Below, piece after piece: positions 19,395-30,541 of a stretch of DNA of 41,170 nt (position 1 is the stretch's first letter; each line of letters starts with the position of its first letter). Below the pieces are notes generated by a model. It did no database searches, was not told the origin of the DNA, and was given only the letters and a program-made list of their open reading frames with translations. The position numbers and the translations under genes are program-made. The DNA is from a virus (taxonomy: Duplodnaviria > Caudoviricetes): the IMG/VR virus record IMGVR_UViG_3300034349_000002, positions 1 to 41,170 of that record; one strand, 5' to 3'.

Positions 19395-19706
19395 TTACAA
19401 GTTCAGGCCAGTACCACTCGACCGGGCCACAGACAACGAACGTTTGCCACGTGCAGCAGCGGCCTTCTTGGCAGCTTCCGTGTCACCTTCGTCGGTGCCC
19501 TCAGAGTCCTTCTTGGCCGTCTCGTTAGTAACCTGGGTGACCACAGGGGCCGGTGCGGCTTGCTGTTGAGGAGCCTGAGCGACCGCAGCCGGTTTCTCTT
19601 CGGCCTTGTTCAGCGCATCGCCAACCGGGTCAGGGAGACCAGTAGCCTTGGAGATGGATTTGGTGACACTGGATACAGCCTTTTTGATCTTCTTGAAAAA
19701 ACCCAT
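19395..19706 (-). CDS. 7.3: gp7.3-like virion/tail assembly protein
   Basis: MGFFKKIKKAV...GKRSLSVARSSGTGLNL C-terminal motif. Confidence 0.9.
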   Translation of the reverse strand: MGFFKKIKKAVSSVTKSISKATGLPDPVGDALNKAEEKPAAVAQAPQQQAAPAPVVTQVTNETAKKDSEGTDEGDTEAAKKAAAARGKRSLSVARSSGTGLNL

Positions 19707-19716
19707 CAGGTCCTCC

Positions 19717-20004
19717 TTAACGTTTCAAAGCCCGCTTCACTGCTGGCGATGCTTTTGGTTTGATGTCCTTAACGGTACTTGCGCCCGTGTCGGTTGCGAC
19801 TGCCGTCTGAGACCCATCACCCTTCTCAACGTCTGACTTCTCGACCTTCAGACTCTTAAGGCCCGAGGTGGTCTCAGCGTTGTTCGTGGTGTCATCTGCA
19901 CCATCACCGAACTCAGCACCTTTCGGGGCCTCTAAGAGCATCGGCTGTGGTGCTGCCTGTTGGTCAGAGACCTTAGGTTGTTTCATTTTGGACTTGAAGC
20001 ACAT
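19717..20004 (-). CDS. 6.7: gp6.7-like virion protein
   Basis: MCFKSKMKQPKV start after GGAGGAG RBS; SGLKSLKV motif; synteny. Confidence 0.85.
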   Translation of the reverse strand: MCFKSKMKQPKVSDQQAAPQPMLLEAPKGAEFGDGADDTTNNAETTSGLKSLKVEKSDVEKGDGSQTAVATDTGASTVKDIKPKASPAVKRALKR

Positions 20005-20008
20005 CGAG

Positions 20009-20263
20009 TCACTCCTCCTGTTCTTCTTCCGGTTGCTTCTGCGACTCCTCCATGAGTTCAACGATTTCACAGACGGATGTGCAGCATTCAAGGAACCCCA
20101 GAATCCATTGCTCCGACTTGCCCGCCTTTTGGAGTTCTTCAAGGACCCCTGTACGGATCAAGTAGGCCGGGTTAAGGCGCACCTGAAGGTACTGCGAGGA
20201 GGCTGGAGGGATATCTGGGATGTCGTCCGGGTGGTCAATGAAGTGTTGAATTTCCTTCAGCAT
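20009..20263 (-). CDS. 6.5: gp6.5-like protein
   Basis: MLKEIQHFIDHPDDIPDIP...YLQVRLN...SEQWILGF, T7 gp6.5-like. Confidence 0.9.
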   Translation of the reverse strand: MLKEIQHFIDHPDDIPDIPPASSQYLQVRLNPAYLIRTGVLEELQKAGKSEQWILGFLECCTSVCEIVELMEESQKQPEEEQEE

Positions 20264-20305
20264 AAGGGTCTCCTTTAAGTTTTAAGTTTCAACCCCATAG
20301 GCCAC

Positions 20306-20329
20306 TCTCGGTGTAGGTGAGGGTTTTTA
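20306..20329 (-). promoter_or_regulatory. Phage RNAP promoter (phi6.5-like), embedded in a long inverted repeat (probable RNase III site, ~20298-20354)
   Basis: Perfect consensus; flanks taggcca..cggtg / caccg..tggccta can pair. Confidence 0.92.
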
Positions 20330-20366
20330 ATTTCCTCATCACCGGAATGGCCTACAGTGGATTAGC

Positions 20367-21305
20367 TCAATGGGTGTACTGAGGTGTCCAAAGGATTGGC
20401 TTCAGGGTGTCGAAGTCCCAATCCGAAGCTCGCAGAATACGAGCCACTTGAGCCTGAACAAGGAGGTCTTCCTCGGACATGCCTTTTGATGCAGCGAGGG
20501 ACACAAGGCAGCGCCACAGAGACGGACCCTGGAACATATCCCACTCCTCATCACCAGCCTTACACGAAGACCAGCAGGTCACCTCTTGGCCCTTCCGTGG
20601 GCCGGACTTCATGACCTTAGTGGCCTCGTAGAAATACTGAGGGTCCTTGAGAAATTCCAAGGCGGTTTCCTTACCGACCTGGGGAACGCCACCATAGCCA
20701 TCCGTGGTGTCGCCCATGAGGGTCTGAAGCATGTGCCAGTGATCGGCATCATCCTCAGAGTTCTTCACGAGGACCTTATTGGTCAGCCAGTAGAAGTAAC
20801 CGGGGATCGTGTTGAAGTCCTTGTCACACGAGATGATGATTACTCGGTCGCATCCTGCAAGTTCCGGCTTGGTAGCCAGAATACCCAGTACGTCATCACC
20901 TTCCACACCGTCCCACTTAAAGGTCACCTCAGGGCCGTAGTGGTCCATGATGGCCTCGCAGAACGCTGGGTAACCCACAGGCTTACGCTTTCCTTTGCGG
21001 TTCGCCTTGTAGCTCTCAAGCACATCCTTGCGCCAGTTGTTCTCACCCGACAGGATCGCCAGGTCCTTAAAGACCAGCTCGTAATCCTTGAGCTTGGGCC
21101 ACTGTTTCAGCAGGGCCTTTTCGATATCCTTGGTGATGGTCTTGATGGTCCCGAAGAGAATCCCTCGGGCCTTCTTGTGGTCACACTCAAGTGTCCATAC
21201 GTCGTCACCCCAGTCCATCTCCGACTCAGCGGCAGACATGGAACTGAAGATCAGATAGTCGAGGTCGAGGCCCAGACCGATTACCATCCGTGGTTTGTTA
21301 CTCAT
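20367..21305 (-). CDS. 6: 5'-3' exonuclease
   Basis: NWRK...YKANRKGKRKPVGY, EGDDVLGI, SCDKDFNTIP, GDTTDGYGG motifs. Confidence 0.97.
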   Translation of the reverse strand: MSNKPRMVIGLGLDLDYLIFSSMSAAESEMDWGDDVWTLECDHKKARGILFGTIKTITKDIEKALLKQWPKLKDYELVFKDLAILSGENNWRKDVLESYKANRKGKRKPVGYPAFCEAIMDHYGPEVTFKWDGVEGDDVLGILATKPELAGCDRVIIISCDKDFNTIPGYFYWLTNKVLVKNSEDDADHWHMLQTLMGDTTDGYGGVPQVGKETALEFLKDPQYFYEATKVMKSGPRKGQEVTCWSSCKAGDEEWDMFQGPSLWRCLVSLAASKGMSEEDLLVQAQVARILRASDWDFDTLKPILWTPQYTH

Positions 21306-21517
21306 TACACTGCACCTCCATGGTCAGACAGGAACACTTGCCCCTTCGTTGTGAGACTCCACACGCCCATGTTCCGGCCATCGGTGCGAATGCACGAGAT
21401 GTGGCCACGGGAAGCTGCCTCAGAGACCAGTGCAGCGTTGCGGCGATAGAAGTCCGATTGAAAGGTTCGTGCTTCTCGTTTGATGTCGTACAGGACCTTC
21501 AAGTAGGGACCCATCAT
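21305..21517 (-). CDS. 5.7: gp5.7-like protein
   Basis: YLKVLYDIK...TFQSDFYRRNAALVSEAASRGHISCI...GRNMGVW; start overlaps the upstream stop (ATGA). Confidence 0.92.
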   Translation of the reverse strand: MMGPYLKVLYDIKREARTFQSDFYRRNAALVSEAASRGHISCIRTDGRNMGVWSLTTKGQVFLSDHGGAV

Positions 21518-21915
21518 TGCCTCCATTCGTATGTTGAAAGATCCACCTTGAGCTTCCTGCCACTGACGTTATCCATCGAGAAGCTCATTGAGCATTGCGT
21601 GATGTCTACATCAGTGGTCGGAATAACCCAGAGTCGGTCCTGAAATACAATGGCCAACAGGTCAAAGTCCTCGGGCTCGTATCGGGTTCTTCCTGAACCT
21701 CCAAGTCGCACTTGAATTAAGTGGGGATACTTAGGATTGAAACGGGTGGCACTCTTGACCTGTACCTTGACCAGCTTCCCGTCAACATCCGCAACGAAGT
21801 CCGCTTTACTTTGGGACATCGCTGGGAAATAGACGCAGTGGCCTTTACGGACGAATCGAGAGGCCGCGAAGAGTTCCGAAGAACTTCCCAGTAGATGATC
21901 AGGAGTCAATGACAT
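21514..21915 (-). CDS. Free-standing PD-(D/E)XK endonuclease (homing-endonuclease-like)
   Basis: G..SE near the N-terminus, then ADFVAD...KVQVKS and Y...DFDLLAIV...LWVIP; sits at the T7 5.3 homing-endonuclease position; start chosen at the ATG overlapping the DNA polymerase end. Confidence 0.78.
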   Translation of the reverse strand: MSLTPDHLLGSSSELFAASRFVRKGHCVYFPAMSQSKADFVADVDGKLVKVQVKSATRFNPKYPHLIQVRLGGSGRTRYEPEDFDLLAIVFQDRLWVIPTTDVDITQCSMSFSMDNVSGRKLKVDLSTYEWRQ

Positions 21916-24044
21916 TCGCGCCACGTTGGGCCGATCTTGCCGTCTGTATCTAATGGGCACCGGAAGTCGAAGGACTCGCCGATGGTTCGTATTGCCTTCT
22001 TGGACACTTCAAGGATCAGCTCACCAATGGCAGGCGTCCGTGCAGCGATCTGGAGTTCATCGTGAACCCAAGCCATGAAGCAGAAGTCACCGACAGATTC
22101 TGTTCCGTCGTCGTTCATCACCATCCAGCCGTGACGAAGACCGTGTTCTTCCAACAGGATGCGTTCAACCTCAACGACCCATGCCTTGCAGATGACTGCC
22201 CCAGCGGACTGGAGGAGAGCATTGAGGGCACTGTGAGCCGACCGGACGTGGATCTTGCGACCGTCAAGGCCCTTGATCCACCGACGCTTCCACTTGATGT
22301 CGTACTTCTTGGTCACCCGGTTGTACGACTGGGAAATGATTAGGGCGTCCTCCAAGGAATCCTTGAGGGACTTGATGACTGGGGTGTTTTCAAGGAAGGA
22401 CTTCTTCAGCTCCTTACCACGCTTTGCACCACCACCCACAATGGACCCGATCTTGGCGTCACCGGCTCCGTAAAGGAACGCATAGATGAACGTCTTCGCG
22501 TTGTCCCGCCACGAATCATGCTGATGACTCTTCTTGTCCCGAATGGTCCCAGCAGGAACGATGCCAGCAGAGAGCGCATTGGCCCAGTGCACGTCACCAT
22601 CGAGGACCTCAAGGACATAAGCACCTTCGTCGAACTTGGCACCGAAGTGTCCCAGGCAACGAAGCTCAAGCCCAGAGGCATCCACACCAGCCTGTACGAC
22701 CTGTTCCCAGCCCGGTAAGTGCTTGGCGTAGGTTGCCCCAAAGAGGAACCGACATTCAGACCCATACGGGCTCTTAGCGGCTGGCACCTGACCCATGTTG
22801 GGATAGCTGTGGGTCGCACGGCCCGTTACGGCACCGTTGGGGTTGATCGAACCGTGAATGAAACCATCAGGTCCGATGTACTTGAGCCACGCCTTGTCAC
22901 CCTCAGCGATCTGGCCGATCCGTTTCTGCACCATGAGGTACTCTTGGATCAGCTTGATGCAGGCCATCTTGTTCTCATCATCTACGACAACACCCTCAAG
23001 GGTCTCATCGTCTACAACAGGGGCGCCCTTATCAGTGAACTCCGTGGGTTCCCATCCAGCGTCTTTAAGGACCTTGATGAGGCACGGACGACTCGTGGGC
23101 TGGAACACCACCAATTGGATCGGCGTGTACATACAGCCAGCAACGTAGAGCTGCTTATTGAGAGTCTTTCCGTCAGCGTTGTAGTCAGGCGATCCGGCCT
23201 TAGCGACCTTCACGAATGCGTACTTGTCGAGCGGCTTTCCGGTTGTCGGATGAGGGAACGGCTGTGAACCACCCTTAGGCTCGTACCACTGACCGAACGT
23301 GTCGATCAACTTCACCAGAAGATCCGAACGACGGGCTGCCAGTTCCATGTAGAGGCGTTCAGCGCCCTCCTCATTGAACGGGAAACCGTTACGTTCCATC
23401 TGGGCCAGCGTCCATGCTGCGTCGTGCTCCAACCGTACCGCTCTGATCCCCTCAGGGCTCGCAAAGTAGTACGGATCTTCAAGGAACTTGCGGATCAACT
23501 TGGTGGTTACGCGAACGTCCTGTACGCAGTAATCCATCATGTCTTCGTTGAAGCACAGCCACTCAGTGCCGTCCTCGTAGATCTCGCCAGAAGCCTCTAC
23601 GGCCTTCTTGAAGTCGTGTTTGTACTCGCCCTTCATCTCACCCAGACGATAACCCCAAGCCTCCAAGGCGTGGCTACCGTAACGGGCACCGGGGATGATC
23701 CCACGGCGTAAGAGACCCGCATCGGTCTCCTTGAGATTCGAGTGCATCAGCCTGGACAACACGAGGGTGTCGAGGATGCGCTTTCGGGGGATGTTGATAC
23801 GTTTGCCCGTGAGTTCTCGCTTCATGCGATCAAGGGCCGGGATGTCGTACTTGATCCCGTTGTGGAACACGATGAGACCGTCAGGCTTCGCCGCTTCCAT
23901 TTCAAGAGCCCTGATGTACGCAAGCACGTCATCGGGTCTGTAGCTGATGGTCTCGCCAGTGAAGTAGTCTTCAGTCACACCACAGTGGAACCTCAGGTCT
24001 GGCTTGTCGAGGAGTCCATTTGCCTCGATGTCTGAAATTAACAT
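21906..24044 (-). CDS. 5: Family A DNA polymerase
   Basis: SDIEANGLL exonuclease I motif, DASGLELRCL motif A, RDNAKTFIYAFLYGAG motif B, WVHDE motif C. Confidence 0.99.
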   Translation of the reverse strand: MLISDIEANGLLDKPDLRFHCGVTEDYFTGETISYRPDDVLAYIRALEMEAAKPDGLIVFHNGIKYDIPALDRMKRELTGKRINIPRKRILDTLVLSRLMHSNLKETDAGLLRRGIIPGARYGSHALEAWGYRLGEMKGEYKHDFKKAVEASGEIYEDGTEWLCFNEDMMDYCVQDVRVTTKLIRKFLEDPYYFASPEGIRAVRLEHDAAWTLAQMERNGFPFNEEGAERLYMELAARRSDLLVKLIDTFGQWYEPKGGSQPFPHPTTGKPLDKYAFVKVAKAGSPDYNADGKTLNKQLYVAGCMYTPIQLVVFQPTSRPCLIKVLKDAGWEPTEFTDKGAPVVDDETLEGVVVDDENKMACIKLIQEYLMVQKRIGQIAEGDKAWLKYIGPDGFIHGSINPNGAVTGRATHSYPNMGQVPAAKSPYGSECRFLFGATYAKHLPGWEQVVQAGVDASGLELRCLGHFGAKFDEGAYVLEVLDGDVHWANALSAGIVPAGTIRDKKSHQHDSWRDNAKTFIYAFLYGAGDAKIGSIVGGGAKRGKELKKSFLENTPVIKSLKDSLEDALIISQSYNRVTKKYDIKWKRRWIKGLDGRKIHVRSAHSALNALLQSAGAVICKAWVVEVERILLEEHGLRHGWMVMNDDGTESVGDFCFMAWVHDELQIAARTPAIGELILEVSKKAIRTIGESFDFRCPLDTDGKIGPTWRECH

Positions 24045-24053
24045 GGGTCTCCT

Positions 24054-24491
24054 TTATCGTTTATCGACCGCCTTCACTGGCAGCCAGTAGCCTGTGTTCT
24101 CACTATTGAAACCAAACCTTACGATCTGGCCGTAGGTGAGGTGATTCTCAACGCTTCGCGCCACGAACTTTCGACCTCGCCACAGCACCTCGTTAAGCCG
24201 AAACTTGTGGGATGCCGGTACGTACCTGATGTCGCCGACACTGAAGCAGTCGCCCACTTTTAACACCTGGGATTCAGCTTTCATTTCCTTGATCTTGGCA
24301 AGCAACGGAGCCTGGAGGTCACCCAACAGTTTCTCTACGGATGCCACGATGGGAGCGAGAGGGTCTTCCTTTACCTTGATCCACTTTGGAGGAGCGCTCT
24401 GATAGCTTTCATACGAGTAACCCAGACTCTCAAGGAGCTTGGAGGCGTCATCGCCTTTGCGAACAAACTTGCGTACATCTTGAAGGTCCAT
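24054..24491 (-). CDS. Hypothetical protein, weakly gp4.7-like
   Basis: LLESLGYSY..KW and LKVGD segments recall T7 gp4.7; position between helicase and polymerase; GGAG RBS. Confidence 0.6.
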   Translation of the reverse strand: MDLQDVRKFVRKGDDASKLLESLGYSYESYQSAPPKWIKVKEDPLAPIVASVEKLLGDLQAPLLAKIKEMKAESQVLKVGDCFSVGDIRYVPASHKFRLNEVLWRGRKFVARSVENHLTYGQIVRFGFNSENTGYWLPVKAVDKR

Positions 24492-24557
24492 AAAGGTCTC
24501 CTTGAGGGTCTGGTGAGTTGATCAAAAGGTCCCCTTTCGGGAGACCCTTGAATCACA

Positions 24558-24785
24558 TCACAACAGGGCTTTCAGCTTGGCGGCACGGTCGGCCAGTTGG
24601 GTACTTTCCAGGGCAGCCAAAGTGCCCTCGTTGTCCAGCTTGCCGGACTCCTTGATAGCCTTGCGCATGACCCCAGTGGCCTTATCGAACTTGGCTTCCG
24701 ACTTCTTCAGCGACTTGGCCGAGGCCAGCACGAGGGACACTTGCAGTTTGGTCAGGACGTAGGTGTACAGTTTGACGATGCTCAT
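24558..24785 (-). CDS. Hypothetical helical protein (gp4.3 position)
   Basis: 75 aa with AAGGAG RBS directly after the helicase. Confidence 0.7.
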   Translation of the reverse strand: MSIVKLYTYVLTKLQVSLVLASAKSLKKSEAKFDKATGVMRKAIKESGKLDNEGTLAALESTQLADRAAKLKALL

Positions 24786-24796
24786 AATGGCTCTCC

Positions 24797-27029
<2,233 letters not shown>

Positions 27030-27101
27030 GGTGTACTCCTATGAGAGAATGCGGTTAACACTGAGCCGACCGTCAAGGTCCTTTAAGGAACCCAACGGTC
27101 A

Positions 27102-27125
27102 TCTCGGTGTAGGTGAGGGTTTTTA
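27102..27125 (-). promoter_or_regulatory. Phage RNAP promoter (phi3.8-like), followed by a hairpin
   Basis: Perfect consensus; downstream gaccgt...acggtc stem. Confidence 0.93.
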
Positions 27126-27134
27126 ACGAGTGGC

Positions 27135-27596
27135 CTAACGGATCTGTTCGAGCCACCACGAATGCACATCGAAGCTCGGGCAGGCCTTACCGGGATTGAG
27201 ATCACGATGGCCAACAACGGGGAGTTCCTTATAGGCTCCCTCGTGAGTACGACCTTGGGTCATACCGGTGAGCAGCCCATTTAGGGCTCCGTACTGGGCA
27301 TCGGTGAAGTTGGCTTCTGGGTCCCCTTTTGCATTGATACCGCCGACAAGGCAAATGCCCAGTGAGACGGAATTAGACCCAGCCACATGAGAACCCACAA
27401 CATCATGGGGGCGACCCTCCTCGATAGTGCCATCGCGACGGATGACGTAGTGATAACCAACGTCGAGCCAGCCCTGTTGGACGTGCCACTGACGAATTTC
27501 ACGAACCCCAATGTCCATGGTGGACTTGGTGGCCGCACAGTGGACGACCAACATAGTGGTCTTCTCACGTTTATTAAAAGCGACTCGGCGTGCCAT
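27135..27596 (-). CDS. 3.5: N-acetylmuramoyl-L-alanine amidase (T7 lysozyme / RNAP inhibitor)
   Basis: VHCAAT, GWLDVGYH, GHRDL..KACPSFD. Confidence 0.98.
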   Translation of the reverse strand: MARRVAFNKREKTTMLVVHCAATKSTMDIGVREIRQWHVQQGWLDVGYHYVIRRDGTIEEGRPHDVVGSHVAGSNSVSLGICLVGGINAKGDPEANFTDAQYGALNGLLTGMTQGRTHEGAYKELPVVGHRDLNPGKACPSFDVHSWWLEQIR

Positions 27597-28043
27597 CTAC
27601 TTCTCCTTCTTCTTGATGAGAATCCCCTCAGGGATCTCTTTGCGTTTCTCCTTGAGCCACACGAGCGGCACCAACTTGTCCGCGTAAAGAATGCCGTGCT
27701 TCTCGCACCACATCCCATAGGTTGTCTTGGAGCCAGAATAGAGCTTGGACTTCGAGGAACTGAAGACCAGCCTAATGTCCAGCTCAGGGTGTTGCTCACG
27801 AATCAACAGATGCTTTTGGCGATCAGCCACCTCCCAGAGTCCTTTGGTCTCCACGATGATTCCGTTCGAGAGTACAAAGTCTGGGTTATAGGTGGCCTCA
27901 CGGGCCGGAACGACGTACTGGACCTGATAGCCCTCAAAGGAAGCAGTGAAGCCAAGCTTCTCGATGTGGGCATGATTCCGTTCTTCAAGGCCTGACCTGT
28001 AGATACCTGAGCGAGCGTTACGGGCGCCCCGGTATCCAGCCAT
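27597..28043 (-). CDS. 3: Endonuclease I (Holliday junction resolvase)
   Basis: YRSGLE, YNPDFVLSNGIIVETKG, KHLLIREQHPELDIRLVF. Confidence 0.98.
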   Translation of the reverse strand: MAGYRGARNARSGIYRSGLEERNHAHIEKLGFTASFEGYQVQYVVPAREATYNPDFVLSNGIIVETKGLWEVADRQKHLLIREQHPELDIRLVFSSSKSKLYSGSKTTYGMWCEKHGILYADKLVPLVWLKEKRKEIPEGILIKKKEK

Positions 28044-28717
28044 CAGAAGTCGTCGTCAGCGTCTGGGACATCTTCCGAGGCGTGGCCCGAAGGCTCCTCA
28101 TCCCATTCAGCTTTCTGTTTGGTTTCGTCAGCGACGTAGCCACCTTCTTCGACATCGCCCCAGTCGTCGTCACCACCACCGAACTCAACGAGGTCGATCA
28201 GCATGGCGCCTTCCAGTTGCAATTTCACCGAAGCACCGACCGCAGTGTTCCACTTGTACGGGAACATGCTGTAGCGGATCTTCAGGGTCGAGCCACCCGA
28301 GATGTTCGGAACGACGCTCATGGTCTTGCCACGGCTGTCTGCGACACGGATGGTGATTTCTTTCTTCTCGCCATCTTTCTCGAACGAGGCGTAGCACTTG
28401 AACTTGAAGGTCACGGTGCCATCGCCATTGTCGAAGAACGGCAGGTCGCCTTGACGGACAGGAACTGGGCGCTTACCAGCAGCGACCTTAGGCGGGTTCG
28501 CTTCGTGCTCTGCGACAAACTCAGCATACGAGCTGTCGTACAGCTTGGTGATGCGCTCCATATCGGCCTTGGCTTCCTTCAAAGGAACGATGAGGTTCAC
28601 CTTGTACTCGCCGCGAGGCTGAGGGAATTCCTTGGTGCCAAAGTCGGGCTTTTGCAGGGCAGCATAAGGTGCAGCGATGCCCTTGGCGGTGATGAATACT
28701 TGACGCTTTGCAGCCAT
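28043..28717 (-). CDS. 2.5: Single-stranded DNA-binding protein
   Basis: KPDFG...PRGEYKV, GASVKLQL, acidic tail ending DDDF. Confidence 0.97.
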   Translation of the reverse strand: MAAKRQVFITAKGIAAPYAALQKPDFGTKEFPQPRGEYKVNLIVPLKEAKADMERITKLYDSSYAEFVAEHEANPPKVAAGKRPVPVRQGDLPFFDNGDGTVTFKFKCYASFEKDGEKKEITIRVADSRGKTMSVVPNISGGSTLKIRYSMFPYKWNTAVGASVKLQLEGAMLIDLVEFGGGDDDWGDVEEGGYVADETKQKAEWDEEPSGHASEDVPDADDDF

Positions 28718-28764
28718 GAGGAAACTCCTTTTCCAATATTGCAATTACAGACCGTGACGTTGTG

Positions 28765-28788
28765 TCTCGGTGTAGGTGAGGGTTTTTA
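28765..28788 (-). promoter_or_regulatory. Phage RNAP promoter (phi2.5-like)
   Basis: Perfect consensus overlapping the upstream stop codon. Confidence 0.93.
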
Positions 28789-29154
28789 GTAGGTCAGGGA
28801 CTCACGCTCCGCAAAGAGCTTCTCCTTGAAGGTTTCGATGACCGGGTTCTTCATCACCTTGGTGGCCGCGTGGACGACCTCACGGAAGTTCTCCTTGAGC
28901 CAATCCTTACGGAACCGCCACACGTCGTGCTTGAAGTGATGGATCGGGTCGATGATGTTGCCCTTGTTCCATTGGTGGCACGTATCCGAACAGGCCTTCT
29001 CGATCAACAGGCCCTCAACGAGAGACCGCTGATGCGCATCGAGGATGTGCGTGTAGACCACACCGGCCATGCCTGCGTGTTTCGTCACGGTGAAGTTCTG
29101 AATGTGCAGGAAGCCATCCGGTGCTCGGCGCGCGTTGCCTTGAGCCCGGTTCAT
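28786..29154 (-). CDS. Hypothetical protein (122 aa)
   Basis: MNRAQGNARRAPDGFLHIQNF...; start chosen at the ATGA overlap with the frame-corrected upstream gene. Confidence 0.75.
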   Translation of the reverse strand: MNRAQGNARRAPDGFLHIQNFTVTKHAGMAGVVYTHILDAHQRSLVEGLLIEKACSDTCHQWNKGNIIDPIHHFKHDVWRFRKDWLKENFREVVHAATKVMKNPVIETFKEKLFAERESLTY

Positions 29155-29484
29155 GCGTTCACCCATACGAGCGATTTAACGACCCGTTCTTCCTGCTTGC
29201 ATTCCCAGGGGGTCGCTATCGTAGCTATAGTACCAATCGGAATGATACGAGCCCGAACGGGACGCTGAGATCTGGAAGCATCGGCCCGACTCGATGTGGC
29301 GAATCACGTTCTCGCACATCTGGTACTTATGGTCCTGGGTCCAATCGCCTTCCTCAGCTTCCTCCCAGCCTTCCATGTCGCAACTGAAGATCATGGATCG
29401 GGTCCGGCAATCATCAGACTTACCCGATGCCCACAACTCCAACATGCCCTCAGGGCTGATAATGACTTCCTTTTCGTCAGACAC
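29151..29484 (-). pseudogene. Hypothetical protein with an apparent +1 frameshift near its 3' end (as read: 29176-29484)
   Basis: GTG start after AAGGAG; SRSGSYHSDWYY motif; removing one C from the C5 run restores ...DPWECKQEERVVKSLVWVNA* ending on the next ATG. Confidence 0.6.
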
Positions 29485-29659
29485 TTGGGGTCTCCTTAAG
29501 CGGCTCAACAACGGGACGGACACGGGCCACGTTCTGTGGGCCATAAGTACCCTCAGCGACCTCCAGGGCCTCATCGAGGTTATGAGCCCACAAGGGGACC
29601 CATTGGCCGTTCACTTCGGCACTGAATTGCTTCAGGACGTATTCAGTCTTCTTGCTCAT
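29477..29659 (-). CDS. 2: Host RNA polymerase inhibitor
   Basis: VPLWAHNLDEALEVAE..Y....VARVRP matches the T7 gp2 pattern, including the RVRP motif. Confidence 0.9.
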   Translation of the reverse strand: MSKKTEYVLKQFSAEVNGQWVPLWAHNLDEALEVAEGTYGPQNVARVRPVVEPLKETPSV

Positions 29660-30348
29660 TTCGGCAACACTCCTTGTTCACGAAGCTGCGTCAGCATCTC
29701 CATAGGTTTGTTCCACTCGTTCAACACGAGGGCGTCCATCTCGTACTTGGTGAGGACCACATCGGTCCCATGAAAGGCCGCATCGTCTACGCCGGGTTTG
29801 AACCACATGCGTTGCAGGCGGACCAGTTTGGCGCCCAGGTCATACAGAGCTTGGTACTCGTTCACTTGGCGCAGGTCAGTGACCACGATGAAGTCGGGCT
29901 TACCTAAAGTCGCCTCAGCGATCTTCTTCATGCCCTCGTTAAGCCAGATGTCAGGCTGCTTCATGTACTCACGGGAGAACTCGGTGCCGAACTTCTGGAG
30001 GTGCCATCGCGGGGTCCGCATAGCATTCACCCAGCTCGTTGCTACTTCATCAGGGTCAGATAGGCCTTGATCGGCCTTGAACATCAGCCAGTTCCGATAG
30101 TTGGAATTAGGGATGTCCGTAATGGACAGTGAGGGCTTGAGGCGATCCTTCTGGTCACTGTGGAACCATTCGATCAACGTGGCCTCGTCCATGTCGTAAC
30201 CGTTGCTCAGGACACGAGCACAGTTCTCTTTAAGGACATCACCGAACGCCACACGGACGACGGTAAAGCCTGACTGGACCAGAAGGTCACACAACGTGTC
30301 CTTACCGCTTTGGCCTCGGGTCGAGGTTAGGGCAATGATTTGAGTCAC
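29656..30348 (-). CDS. Deoxynucleoside monophosphate kinase
   Basis: P-loop TRGQSGKDT, AFGDVLK, TPRWHLQKFGTE, VVTDLRQVNE; GTG start after GGAG downstream of the phage promoter. Confidence 0.88.
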   Translation of the reverse strand: MTQIIALTSTRGQSGKDTLCDLLVQSGFTVVRVAFGDVLKENCARVLSNGYDMDEATLIEWFHSDQKDRLKPSLSITDIPNSNYRNWLMFKADQGLSDPDEVATSWVNAMRTPRWHLQKFGTEFSREYMKQPDIWLNEGMKKIAEATLGKPDFIVVTDLRQVNEYQALYDLGAKLVRLQRMWFKPGVDDAAFHGTDVVLTKYEMDALVLNEWNKPMEMLTQLREQGVLPK

Positions 30349-30389
30349 ATCTTGGTCTCCTAAAGTGGTGTGTAAGAAACCCGAGGGTA

Positions 30390-30413
30390 TCTCGGTGTAG
30401 GTGAGGGTTTTTA
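30390..30413 (-). promoter_or_regulatory. Phage RNAP class II promoter
   Basis: Perfect consensus. Confidence 0.93.
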
Positions 30414-30499
30414 ATCGGAGGGCAGAAGCATTAATAAGCTGATCGCGCGCGCCTAACAGAATCCATGTAACCATGTCAATCTCCTTTCTTGCGGGCAAT

Positions 30500-30531
30500 A
30501 AAAAACCCCAAGGGCCGGAGCCGATGGGGTT
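30500..30531 (-). terminator. Early terminator (TE-like)
   Basis: AACCCCA...TGGGGTTTTTT stem-loop with U-tract at the end of the ligase transcription unit. Confidence 0.85.
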
Positions 30532-30541
30532 CGTTTAGGTA

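Noticed and set aside
21906-24044. Intron or intein in DNA polymerase linked to the adjacent nuclease
   Set aside because: The polymerase ORF is continuous, of normal length, with all motifs and a normal WRECH end; the nuclease lies outside it
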